21,398 nucleotides of DNA from Candidatus Iainarchaeum sp. (GCA_043803765.1 JAZDJQ010000002.1:1-21398); one strand, 5' to 3'. Counted from the stretch's first letter, positions 1 to 8,031 are shown. Numbers and translations: made by a program. The notes: generated from the letters alone by a model not told the origin.

Positions 1-12
1 GGAGGGTTCGTG

Positions 13-34
13 GGTTCCCGCTCGAGCGGGAACC
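13..34. repeat. Perfect GC-rich palindrome/hairpin at the window edge
   Basis: GGTTCCCGC-TCGA-GCGGGAACC. The flanks 1-11 and 42-52 also pair imperfectly. It lies downstream of the 107..592 ORF. Confidence 0.6.
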
Positions 35-106
35 AAGAAAAACAAGCACTCCTAAAGGCACTAACCTACAATTTGGAAATAATCAACCGAAAAATCACTT
101 TAACGA

Positions 107-592
107 TTAACTTCCTCTAAAAGAGGAAGTCAACAGAGCCCTTTTTTTGTAAAAGCTTTTCAATTGGTTTTGATTTCCCATCGCTCCTGCAATCAGTTGA
201 ACGCTTGCGAGTAGGGCAAGCTGTTGTTCAGGGGATGAGTTTTTCCATACTTTTTCAATTGCATAATGAACGGACCCGATGTGCCGCCACACATTGCTTA
301 GTGCCCGTAATTCGTTTTGAATGGATTCGCGCGTATGGGAAACATGCCGAATGGCAGCGTATTGATTTTTCAATTTTATACGGCGACTTACAACGAGTTC
401 TTCCGGCATTCCTTCCCTTTCTGCATACCGTGGAACGTGCACACTACCATCTGACTCGAATCGGATTCCTAAATAGGTTAAGCTGCGGGGAGGCGGTGTA
501 AATAGAGGGTGATAAACTCCTCTTCCTCGTATTCCTCGTTGGGGGAAAATCCATTTTTTTCCACGCGAGGGTCGCGGTAGTGGTTTTGTCAT
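107..592 (-). CDS. Hypothetical basic protein
   Basis: 161-aa ORF with ATG start, co-oriented with the 640..960 gene. No recognisable motif. Confidence 0.5.
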   Translation of the reverse strand: MTKPLPRPSRGKKWIFPQRGIRGRGVYHPLFTPPPRSLTYLGIRFESDGSVHVPRYAEREGMPEELVVSRRIKLKNQYAAIRHVSHTRESIQNELRALSNVWRHIGSVHYAIEKVWKNSSPEQQLALLASVQLIAGAMGNQNQLKSFYKKRALLTSSFRGS

Positions 593-639
593 GCTGTTTT
601 GAAATAGTGGTTGGAGGATTTAATCATTTTGTGGAAGGA

Positions 640-960
640 CTACTCTTCCACCCATACTTTAATCCCGCCCACAATTTTAGCTGCTACATTGTAGATGACG
701 GCTCCTGCCGCTCCTGAGACGAATCCAAGAAACGCCCCTAATACGAGGAAGAAGATAAGTCCCAAAAATCCAAATTGCTGGGTTTGTTGGACGAGTTGCA
801 CATCCACTCCTGAAAGCGTTTGCAAATACCCCGATACAATCCCACTTGTTAGCAGAGTAAGCACCCCCACCACTAATCCTACAATGAAACCAAACAATGC
901 ATTTACTTTCCCGAGCATAAGCGGGTCAATCCTTGTGATTTCCATTTTCTTTTCACTCAT
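640..960 (-). CDS. Small two-TM membrane protein, DUF3566-like
   Basis: EITRIDPLMLGKV N-terminus, two hydrophobic Gly-rich helices and a C-terminal YNVAAKIVGGIKV, as recalled for DUF3566-like proteins. Confidence 0.75.
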   Translation of the reverse strand: MSEKKMEITRIDPLMLGKVNALFGFIVGLVVGVLTLLTSGIVSGYLQTLSGVDVQLVQQTQQFGFLGLIFFLVLGAFLGFVSGAAGAVIYNVAAKIVGGIKVWVEE

Positions 961-1070
961 ACCCTATCATACGTGAGCGGGAATTTCTCCATTTTAAATG
1001 TTGTGCCTGCCATTTAGAGAAAAACACATAGGGGGAAGCCAAGGGTATTATATTCAAAAGCGGGATTGGG

Positions 1071-1319
1071 TTGCCAATGGATGCATCCATGGCATACGTT
1101 GCTATTTCCATTGTCGCGCTGGTCATTATCGCATTGTTAGTTGTTTTCGTCAGAAAAAAAAGGGGTCGAAAAGAGTTGACTCCATTGGCTGGCCTCGCAT
1201 TTGGATTCATTTTGGCAGGTATCATTTTTGGGAATGACCGTTCTATTGGATACGGTTTGTTGGTTGCGGGCGGGTTGTTGGCAGTAATCGACATGATAAT
1301 AAAGTGGAAGAAAAAATAG
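1071..1319 (+). CDS. Small membrane protein (3 predicted TM helices)
   Basis: Hydrophobic segments separated by RKKRGRK, with a KWKKK tail. The start may be ATG 1077 or 1089. Confidence 0.7.
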   Translation: MPMDASMAYVAISIVALVIIALLVVFVRKKRGRKELTPLAGLAFGFILAGIIFGNDRSIGYGLLVAGGLLAVIDMIIKWKKK

Positions 1320-1382
1320 GAAATGGCGGCTCCTAGTTGGATTATTGGTTTGAATTATCTATCTTCCTAATTGTTTTTCTTT

Positions 1383-1685
1383 TCATATTTTCAGTGTGCT
1401 TGGACATTCATTGAGCAATTTAAGAGTAGCAAGGAATATTGTTTGTGCTTCTGTTTCAATTGGAACGTTTTTTACTAGTATTTTTCCTGATGGGTAAATG
1501 GAAACACTTATTCCTTGCACGCGTAATACGAGTACGAATTCGGTGAGAATGTCGAGCGGGTGTCCGTTTTCTTTTATTTCGTTCCCTGTTTTTTTCAACG
1601 GAAAACGTGTTTCTTCTTTCGGAATGAACTCATACGAAAGATTGGAGTCGCATAATCTTCCTTTGTAATACGTTGCGTGGAGCAT
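1383..1685 (-). CDS. Hypothetical protein, possible TBP-like (helix-grip) fold
   Basis: 100 aa. VSIYPSGKILV resembles the xIFxSGKxxx strand-turn of TBP-like folds. An AT-rich TATA-like element lies at about 1708-1718. Confidence 0.65.
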   Translation of the reverse strand: MLHATYYKGRLCDSNLSYEFIPKEETRFPLKKTGNEIKENGHPLDILTEFVLVLRVQGISVSIYPSGKILVKNVPIETEAQTIFLATLKLLNECPSTLKI

Positions 1686-1737
1686 GATACGGTCAAATGA
1701 ACGCCGCTATATATTATAGATGTTACCGCATTTTCCA

Positions 1738-2061
1738 TTATCCGAATGTAAGGATTTTATCCGACTCCTCAACCAGTTTAAGTAAATCCTGCATTGTTGA
1801 AATAGGACAAATGTTGCTTCCTTGTTTTTGTCTTGATTTGAGGCAAGTTCCGCAGGCGAGTATTTTGCCTTTGTTCTCAACAAATGCGGTAATCTGCCCT
1901 TTCACATCGTATTTTTCATCCCGGATATCTTCCGCTTCAACGCCTTCATTTATCAAAAAAACACTTACAGCGTGATTCGCTTTCAGTGCCGTTACCGCAA
2001 ACCTGAACGCATTCCACGCTTTTTCCGGTTCCTTCGTTCCCAAAACAATCCCCATTTTCAT
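1738..2061 (-). CDS. DsrE/DsrF-like family protein (sulfur relay/redox)
   Basis: KAWNAFRFA, VSVFLINEGVE, ILACGTCLKSR, CPISTMQDL and SDKILTF are DsrE-family motifs. Start reassigned to ATG 2061 behind a GGTGA Shine-Dalgarno. Confidence 0.88.
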   Translation of the reverse strand: MKMGIVLGTKEPEKAWNAFRFAVTALKANHAVSVFLINEGVEAEDIRDEKYDVKGQITAFVENKGKILACGTCLKSRQKQGSNICPISTMQDLLKLVEESDKILTFG

Positions 2062-2086
2062 TCTATCACCAACCATCAAACTCATT

Positions 2087-2163
2087 AAAAAAACAAGTGT
2101 GGAGAATCGGTTCGTCCATCTTTAATCATTTCCCGAAGGATCATAGTCATCGCCTGTTGAACA
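2087..2163 (-). ncRNA. Candidate structured RNA motif, copy B
   Basis: TGTTCAACAGGCGATGACTATGA-TCC(TTCG)GGA-AATGATTAAAGATGGACGAACCGATTCTCCACACTTGTTTTTTT. It is collinear with the copy at 4423-4498. Confidence 0.5.
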
Positions 2164-2335
2164 TCAACACACGTTATGGATGTTACTCACTTTCGTGGGC
2201 AAAACTTGCCAACACAAAAGCCATTATGCGGCAAAGGGGTTAAATTTTGGTCTCTTTGGGAAACCAAGATTCGCCCGCCTGCTTTTTGTGGTATATGACT
2301 TTTGTTTATAAACCACCAGAATTAGTCGTATGACC

Positions 2336-3079
2336 TCAAATTTTTTCCAGCAAGTCTGAGAGTTTGTCTTGCCCTATTTTCAGCATTGTGGCTGACGCTG
2401 CTATTGTGCCGTCTATTTTGAATCTTTCAAGTTTTTCCTTGAATCCTTTGGCAAGTTTTTTGTCCAAACCCGTTGTTTTTATTCTTTGGCCATTTTTCAC
2501 AACCCACAGTTCGGGGTTGTTTTCCAGCAAAGCATACAAGTCTGCGATGTCTTTTGTTTTTTTGAAGGCATCACTTCTTCTAGGAATGGATTTCAGTTTC
2601 ATTTCAACCAGAATTTTTGGCGAAGGGACCATCACTTGAATGCCCTTGATTTTAACGTGCTCTTTTTCTTTCTTGAAAACCTTTTTGAGCAATGGCTCCG
2701 GCATGGAATGCATTATTTTTGTTGGCGTGGCAATGTCAAAGTAAATGTATGAAAGATTGTGGATTGGGTGTTTTTTGCTTTCTTCCAGGTCAAGCTCTTT
2801 TTCTGTTTCGCTGTGGAATATTCTTACCCAGCGGAATGTTGAATGCGGATGAAAACCCATGTTTTTGAGTTTTTCCTCAATCGTTTTGGGTTTTATTTTT
2901 GTTGGGTCAAAGAAAATGTCAATGTCTCTTGAGCCAATGTGCACAACGTCCTTGTTTTTGAGAGTGTAGTGCACTGCCCAGCCTCCCATTAGGCCAATTT
3001 CATCAATTTCGCTTTTTCCAAGGGCCTTGAAGAAAACATACAAGAATTCGTCGGATTTTTCTATCATCAGTTTTTCCAT
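2336..3079 (-). CDS. AbiEii-like nucleotidyltransferase (type IV TA toxin)
   Basis: GLMGGWAV...GSRDIDIFF is a Pol-beta NTase motif. MKLKS and KDIADL match the AbiEii-type K and KDxxD motifs. Only 7 bp separate it from the antitoxin gene upstream. Confidence 0.85.
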   Translation of the reverse strand: MEKLMIEKSDEFLYVFFKALGKSEIDEIGLMGGWAVHYTLKNKDVVHIGSRDIDIFFDPTKIKPKTIEEKLKNMGFHPHSTFRWVRIFHSETEKELDLEESKKHPIHNLSYIYFDIATPTKIMHSMPEPLLKKVFKKEKEHVKIKGIQVMVPSPKILVEMKLKSIPRRSDAFKKTKDIADLYALLENNPELWVVKNGQRIKTTGLDKKLAKGFKEKLERFKIDGTIAASATMLKIGQDKLSDLLEKI

Positions 3080-3086
3080 TCAATAA

Positions 3087-3794
3087 TCACACTCTGTTGT
3101 TTAGCCATTCTTCCATCAGAAAATTTGCCTGTTCTTCAGCTAGACCGCCAAAGCTCAGTAAATCACTTAAAAGAATTGGCATTGGCGCAACTGAATAGCC
3201 CTTAACTTTTGTTGCATCCTTGAAGAATGCTTCTTGTTCTGTTGGAATTAGGAATAAGTTTGCTTGGCTTTTTTGTGCTTTCAGGCAATTTTTGGAAAGC
3301 AGGTATTTGCTCCATTTTTCTTCCTCTTCTTTCCTAATGTAAATGTGCACTTGGTCTGTTTTTATGTATTGCCTGTAAAGCTCGCTTCCGGCAAAAACGG
3401 TAAATGAATGCGACAATTTTAATCCCTGAACCATTTTCAGGGTTTTGGAAAATTCTAGCGGTGAATGGTAATTGAGTTTTTTCAGGCTTGCAAAAGGCCT
3501 TACAAGCGAAATCATTTTTACAATGTCGCTAGCTCTTGCAACACCATACTCCGCGGTCTTTGTGTCCTTTGTTATAAGGCCGCTTTTTTCAAGTTCTTTT
3601 ACAAAGGTAAATGTCGGGCCATAAGTGAGAGCCAAATCCATTATTGGAAACTGTGTATTCTTTTTGTAAACTGCATCATCTTTTCCGAGCATTTTGGCTG
3701 CGCCTCTCCTCAGTTCTGAAATGCTCCACTTTTTTCCCTTGTTTTTCAATATCCACAAAAGGGAAACAATCCTCTTTTCAGTCAACTCAAGCAT
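3087..3794 (-). CDS. AbiEi-like antitoxin / wHTH transcriptional regulator (type IV TA)
   Basis: N-terminal wHTH-like region (WSISELRR...FVKELEKSGLI). The C-terminus VHIYI...ANLFLIP...VAPMPILLSDLLSFGGLAEEQANFL resembles the AbiEi_2 domain. It forms an operon with the NTase. Confidence 0.8.
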   Translation of the reverse strand: MLELTEKRIVSLLWILKNKGKKWSISELRRGAAKMLGKDDAVYKKNTQFPIMDLALTYGPTFTFVKELEKSGLITKDTKTAEYGVARASDIVKMISLVRPFASLKKLNYHSPLEFSKTLKMVQGLKLSHSFTVFAGSELYRQYIKTDQVHIYIRKEEEEKWSKYLLSKNCLKAQKSQANLFLIPTEQEAFFKDATKVKGYSVAPMPILLSDLLSFGGLAEEQANFLMEEWLNNRV

Positions 3795-3807
3795 GACAAT
3801 ATCTGTT

Positions 3808-3836
3808 TAACGAATAGTATATAAATATAACGAATA
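3808..3836 (-). promoter_or_regulatory. TA operon promoter: TATA box flanked by 9-bp direct repeats
   Basis: Minus-strand TATTTATATA (3827-3818) lies about 25-30 nt before ATG 3794. TAACGAATA occurs at 3808-3816 and 3828-3836. Confidence 0.6.
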
Positions 3837-3849
3837 TGTGCATCGGGGG

Positions 3850-4410
3850 TTAAAACTCAGCCAAATTCCGCTGCTGCTGGTCTTGGTTCGGCCGGCTTCT
3901 TGCGGTTTGGTATTGGTATACCAATGCAATATTCGTCTTTTCATCGGTTGCCTTTCGCGAGGTTACGAAGCCAAAAAGCGGTTTGAGGTAAGCCCAATCT
4001 TGCTTGAATCTGACTTTTTCCTCAAGGCCGAGTTCTTGGATTATTTCAGCATCGGCTTTTCCAGCTGCGCGTAGCTGCCTCGTCTTTGTAACTATTTCGT
4101 TTTGACCGTATTTTGTTTTTTTGTACAAGTCAACAACGCCCTGCAATACGCAGCCCATTCCTGCATGTTCGATAAGGTTACACATTTGGCAGACAAGCAT
4201 CAGATTGGAATGGTGGTTGTTGTTTGGGTTTCCGTCAATGTGGTGAACGATTTGCCATTTGTCTGATTTGAAGCCGCAATATTGACAGGCATAATTGTCG
4301 CGTTCAAGGATTTTCAATCGGATTTGTTTCCATTCCTCTTTACCGGTTTTGTCCGAGGTAATTGTTCTCCATGTATTGGGGTTTGCGTATGATGGGTACA
4401 GTTGTTTCAT
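3850..4410 (-). CDS. HNH endonuclease
   Basis: ILERDNYACQYCG...IVHHIDGNPNNN..SNLMLVCQMCNLIEH gives CxxC/HNH/CxxC. Start reassigned to ATG 4410 behind an AGGTGG Shine-Dalgarno. Confidence 0.9.
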   Translation of the reverse strand: MKQLYPSYANPNTWRTITSDKTGKEEWKQIRLKILERDNYACQYCGFKSDKWQIVHHIDGNPNNNHHSNLMLVCQMCNLIEHAGMGCVLQGVVDLYKKTKYGQNEIVTKTRQLRAAGKADAEIIQELGLEEKVRFKQDWAYLKPLFGFVTSRKATDEKTNIALVYQYQTARSRPNQDQQQRNLAEF

Positions 4411-4422
4411 TTTCCCACCTGT

Positions 4423-4498
4423 AAAAATAATGTGCGGCTCAGTTCGCCAATCTATTATCATCTTTTCTTTCGAAATCTGAGTCGTCGCCTGTTGAACA
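4423..4498 (-). ncRNA. Candidate structured RNA motif, copy A
   Basis: TGTTCAACAGGCGACGACTCAGA-TTTC(GAAA)GAAA-AGATGATAATAGATTGGCGAACTGAGCCGCACATTATTTTT. The first 19 nt are 18/19 identical to copy B. Confidence 0.5.
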
Positions 4499-4500
4499 CC

Positions 4501-7290
4501 CTATTCATCTATAATGCTTCCGGTGAACCCGTCCACTTTGATGGTGCGGAATGCATTCGTTTTAGGATTAACCAGTGTTGCTTGGAATATGGGTCGGAAT
4601 ATTTCGGTTGCCTGTGTTACCACCACATTCGACCATAATTGCGTCAGTTGTGCGTGAATCATGGCCTCGGTAATATGCACATTTTCTCTTGTAATGGCAG
4701 GAACGTGGACTAATTTGATGGGTTGCAGTGAGCCGAGTTCTTTTTCTCCTCCTGTTAGGGGCAGGTCTATTTCTTTGGATGAAACAAAAATAGGTGTTTT
4801 CGTCTCATTTTTGACATGAATTAGTTTTCGGTCTACTAGTTTTACGAGGCTTCTTTTGAGTGATTTTTCGTCTATTCCTGTTTTTTTTACTAGTTCTGGA
4901 ATGGATTGATTGGGCTTGTTTACAATACGGCGCATTATATCAAAATCCTGTCCATTCAATCCACTTACTGCTCCTAGTCCACGTGATGGAACAATTTTCT
5001 TGTTAATATAGTGTAAAAATTCTCCTTTCTCTCCATCGATGAAACACTCGCGCACGTGATAGGATGTTTTTCCGGTATATTGGCGGTATTGGACTTTCCA
5101 CACTGGAACATAGGTAAGATGTACTTCTTGCAGTTGTTCGGTTGGTTTTCCTACTATTCCTAGTACGCTTTTCTTGGATGCTTTTTGGAGAATGTCAACA
5201 ATTTGTTCTTTAGTTGGAGTAATAGGGAGCGCTTCAAATCGTGATTCTTCTTCAGTGGAATCCGGTTCTACCAGTTGGGTTAGTGTATCTGCTTTTTTGT
5301 TGTGCGGCAATTCACTATCAATTTGGGAAATATTTTCTTCTTCAACCGGCCAGTATAGTGTCGCATCTTTTGGATTTATTTTTCCTCCTCGTTCTTCGAG
5401 GGAATCAAGAATATTGGATAAAAGTAATTGGGAATGGTATTTCTGATTGAGTGTTTGAACCACATTCTCAATTGTTTCTTTTTCGAGCATTCCTTCTTTT
5501 TGTAGTTTAGCAAGCAATAATTCTACTGCAAGGGAATGCACTTCTTTTTCGCTTAACTGTTTTTTTCTCTCTCCTGTTTCAGCGTCTCTTCCTTCGTGTT
5601 GGGACATGCGTGGCCGCACGCGCAAAACGAATGCTCTGTTTGTTTCTTCTCTTCTATCCCCAACAAGAGCAGTCCCCACTGGTAATGTTTTGAGAAAGTG
5701 AGGATGTTTGTATCGCATGGGAATAATAGTAGGAGTGCGTTTAGTTACTGATTTGATATCATCATCAAAAATGAGTTTGTGGGACATGATAACATCCAGT
5801 TGACTTAATACGCGCGTGTCAATGGCAGATGGTTGTTGTGTTGCAAAAACTAAACTGCATCCGGGTCTTCGTCCCTGTTTGACATATTCTACTATTGCAC
5901 TTGTTGCAGGAGTGGAAATGTTTCCGCTTGGGATGAGCGTATGTGCTTCGTCAATAAACAGCCATGTTGGAGGGATTTCGTTCTCGAGAAGACTTTCAAC
6001 CGAGCGTTCTTTCACTTCATCTGCTGCTTCTTTTCGTGTTTGTATTTTGCGTGCAGCTAATAATCTTCGTGCTAATATTCCAATCACGAGTGCCGTAACC
6101 GTATCATCGAGGAAACTCGTATCAATAACCGTGAGTTGTCCTGTTTTGGATATTTCGGATAGCGGTGTTCCTTTATCTGAAAATATTCCCCAGCTTTTTG
6201 CTGCTTCAAAACGTGATATGAGGGCGCGTACGCTGTCGGTTTTGTATCCTTTTTCTTTTGAATTTATTTCCACATCGGTTTCCAAGCAACGAGTTAAGTC
6301 TGACAATGTATACGTGCCTTTTTTTCCTTTTACTATTTCTCCTTGCGCATTGTGGTATCCTTTTTCCACTTTCTTGAGTGTTTTTTCTAACAACAATCCC
6401 GTGGGAGAAAATCGTTCAATTCCAAATGTGAGACACCAATCCTCTCCCGTGAGTAATGAGGGTGGAATCGAATAGAGCGAATCATACGTTGAACGAGGTG
6501 TTTCGGCTTTCATTCCTTCCGGGATAAACACCCGCATATTTTCCAGTCCTTGAGGAAGCAAGTCAAAGCTAGGCAGCTCTTTTACTTCTTTTTCTTCCTT
6601 GTTAGGATAACGCATGGACCAAAATACTCCGACGGGATCCACGACGACTACGCCTACATCGGGATTGTGCAGTGCTAATTCTTCTGCGATTACTCCCAAC
6701 ACGTAGCTCTTTCCCGAACCTCTGGCACCGCATACAAACACTACGTGCGGGTTGAGTGAGTCCAAAAATAATTTGTGTTCTTTAAATCGTTCATCATCCA
6801 TTACTCTTCCTAAGTATAATCCTCCTTTCAATCCGCTTTTTTGTAAAAGATTTTTTTTCCTTCCGATGAAGAGTGATTTTTTTCCTTCCATTTCTAAGAG
6901 CTCGAGTTTGAGCAATGATTGTGCATCTTCTATTCCATGTCCGCGTGATTTGAGAATAAGTTGTTCTTTTATTTTTTCACGCGCGGCGGAAGGAGCAGTA
7001 TCCATTGTTGTGCGTGCAGAAGGAGATTCTTCTTCCTCTTCTTCTAAAGCGTCTTCCCCATGAATCCCTTCTTCGTGCGTTCCATGCTCAACGAGCAAAT
7101 CGGCATAAGCATCCGTTTCATCTTCCTCTTCTTCAATGGGGTTTTCGTTCGTTTCATCGTGGTGAGGAGAACGCTCTTCCTCTTCCTCGAGGGGCATTTC
7201 CTCTTTCTTACCAAGTCCCATAATCTCGGCATAAGGGTCCTTGTGCCCTTTTATTCTATGCATTCGCTTAGGACTTTCCTCTGGGCTCAT
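4501..7290 (-). CDS. HerA/FtsK/VirB4-superfamily (DUF87-type) ATPase with acidic N-terminal tail and C-terminal wHTH-containing extension
   Basis: Walker A GARGSGKS, VVVVDPVG, Walker B WLFIDEAH, KQGRRPG arginine finger and LVFATQQPS. The first ~90 aa are Glu/Asp-rich. An HTH-like segment SIPELVKKTGIDEKSLKRSLVKLVDRKLI lies near the C-terminus. Confidence 0.88.
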   Translation of the reverse strand: MSPEESPKRMHRIKGHKDPYAEIMGLGKKEEMPLEEEEERSPHHDETNENPIEEEEDETDAYADLLVEHGTHEEGIHGEDALEEEEEESPSARTTMDTAPSAAREKIKEQLILKSRGHGIEDAQSLLKLELLEMEGKKSLFIGRKKNLLQKSGLKGGLYLGRVMDDERFKEHKLFLDSLNPHVVFVCGARGSGKSYVLGVIAEELALHNPDVGVVVVDPVGVFWSMRYPNKEEKEVKELPSFDLLPQGLENMRVFIPEGMKAETPRSTYDSLYSIPPSLLTGEDWCLTFGIERFSPTGLLLEKTLKKVEKGYHNAQGEIVKGKKGTYTLSDLTRCLETDVEINSKEKGYKTDSVRALISRFEAAKSWGIFSDKGTPLSEISKTGQLTVIDTSFLDDTVTALVIGILARRLLAARKIQTRKEAADEVKERSVESLLENEIPPTWLFIDEAHTLIPSGNISTPATSAIVEYVKQGRRPGCSLVFATQQPSAIDTRVLSQLDVIMSHKLIFDDDIKSVTKRTPTIIPMRYKHPHFLKTLPVGTALVGDRREETNRAFVLRVRPRMSQHEGRDAETGERKKQLSEKEVHSLAVELLLAKLQKEGMLEKETIENVVQTLNQKYHSQLLLSNILDSLEERGGKINPKDATLYWPVEEENISQIDSELPHNKKADTLTQLVEPDSTEEESRFEALPITPTKEQIVDILQKASKKSVLGIVGKPTEQLQEVHLTYVPVWKVQYRQYTGKTSYHVRECFIDGEKGEFLHYINKKIVPSRGLGAVSGLNGQDFDIMRRIVNKPNQSIPELVKKTGIDEKSLKRSLVKLVDRKLIHVKNETKTPIFVSSKEIDLPLTGGEKELGSLQPIKLVHVPAITRENVHITEAMIHAQLTQLWSNVVVTQATEIFRPIFQATLVNPKTNAFRTIKVDGFTGSIIDE

Positions 7291-7368
7291 TCCTCAAAAA
7301 GGGCTTTCTTGGCTTTTAATCCTTCTTCCTTGGGGTGTCATTAAAAACAATAAAATGAAAGAGAAAGC

Positions 7369-7818
7369 ATGCCGCATGAGAAAAAGAAGAAAATGACTCA
7401 ACATGCTACCCCTGCTCATGCAGGAAATGCTCATAGTAGACATTCTCCTTTTTTCATTTTATGGGAATTTCTTACCCTTGCTTGTGTGGTTTTTCTTGGC
7501 CTCACGTTTCTTGACCATACTTTTTTTCACTGGGTAAAAAACGTGGCATTGGAAGAAAGATGGGTAGTAGCAGCTGAAATTATTTTGATTGCTGAGGTGG
7601 CATTGTTGTTGCTTGTGGCACGCAATAAAATAAATTTTGTTAAACGAAACTGGCCTACTATTTTTGCAGTAATTCCATTCGGAAGCGGTTTCCGTGTAAT
7701 ACACGCGTTAAAAGTAATCATTCATGCTGCGGAGAAAACAAAGATAGGCCATCTTTTGAGACATCCTATTGCGGAGACGCGGCGGTGGGTGAGGAAGAAC
7801 ATAGGATTGCCACGATAA
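7369..7818 (+). CDS. Membrane protein resembling a stand-alone voltage-sensor (S1-S4) domain
   Basis: ILIAEVALLLLVARNKINFVKRNWPTIFAVIPF..FRVIHALKV follows the Ion_trans S2-S3-S4 pattern. No pore helix or GYG filter. Confidence 0.65.
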   Translation: MPHEKKKKMTQHATPAHAGNAHSRHSPFFILWEFLTLACVVFLGLTFLDHTFFHWVKNVALEERWVVAAEIILIAEVALLLLVARNKINFVKRNWPTIFAVIPFGSGFRVIHALKVIIHAAEKTKIGHLLRHPIAETRRWVRKNIGLPR

Positions 7819-7959
7819 AAAGAAAAAGAAAAAAAACGAAATGCATTATTGTGTAGCAAAAAAAAATCCAAAATGAAAACTCATCTTTTGGATAAACAAT
7901 AAACGGGTTATTGCCAATGCAAATAACTCTGCCTCGCAGCAGCCAGCCGAAACGGGTTA

Positions 7960-8031
7960 TGGACAAGGGGGGATTCGAACCCCCAGCCTCCCGCATGCGA
8001 AGCGGACGCGCTACCGTTGCGCCACTTGCCC
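7960..8031 (-). tRNA. tRNA-Ala(CGC)
   Basis: GGGCAAG TG GCGC AACGGTA GCGC G TCCGC TT-CGC-AT GCGGG AGGCT GGGGG TTCGAAT CCCCC CTTGTCC A. It carries the G3-U70 alanine determinant and no encoded CCA. A TTTTTAAA box lies at about 8058-8065. Confidence 0.97.

Noticed and set aside
2087-2163. Fluoride riboswitch, H/ACA guide or integron attC as the identity of the duplicated motif
   Set aside because: GGCGATG is not followed by the pairing TCGCC. There is no lower stem before the ACA. GTTCAAC fits RYYYAAC but has no matching distal GTTRRRY or integrase.
4458-4499. Arg-rich micro-ORF MFNRRRLRFRKKR (eL41-like)
   Set aside because: The homologous copy B has a stop after MFNRR, so the conservation is at nucleotide/structure level. 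It also lacks the eL41 KW motif.
5816-6475. 219-aa plus-strand ORF and the other antisense ORFs over the ATPase, surface protein, pyrG and membrane genes
   Set aside because: These are shadow frames opposite well-supported genes and show no motifs.
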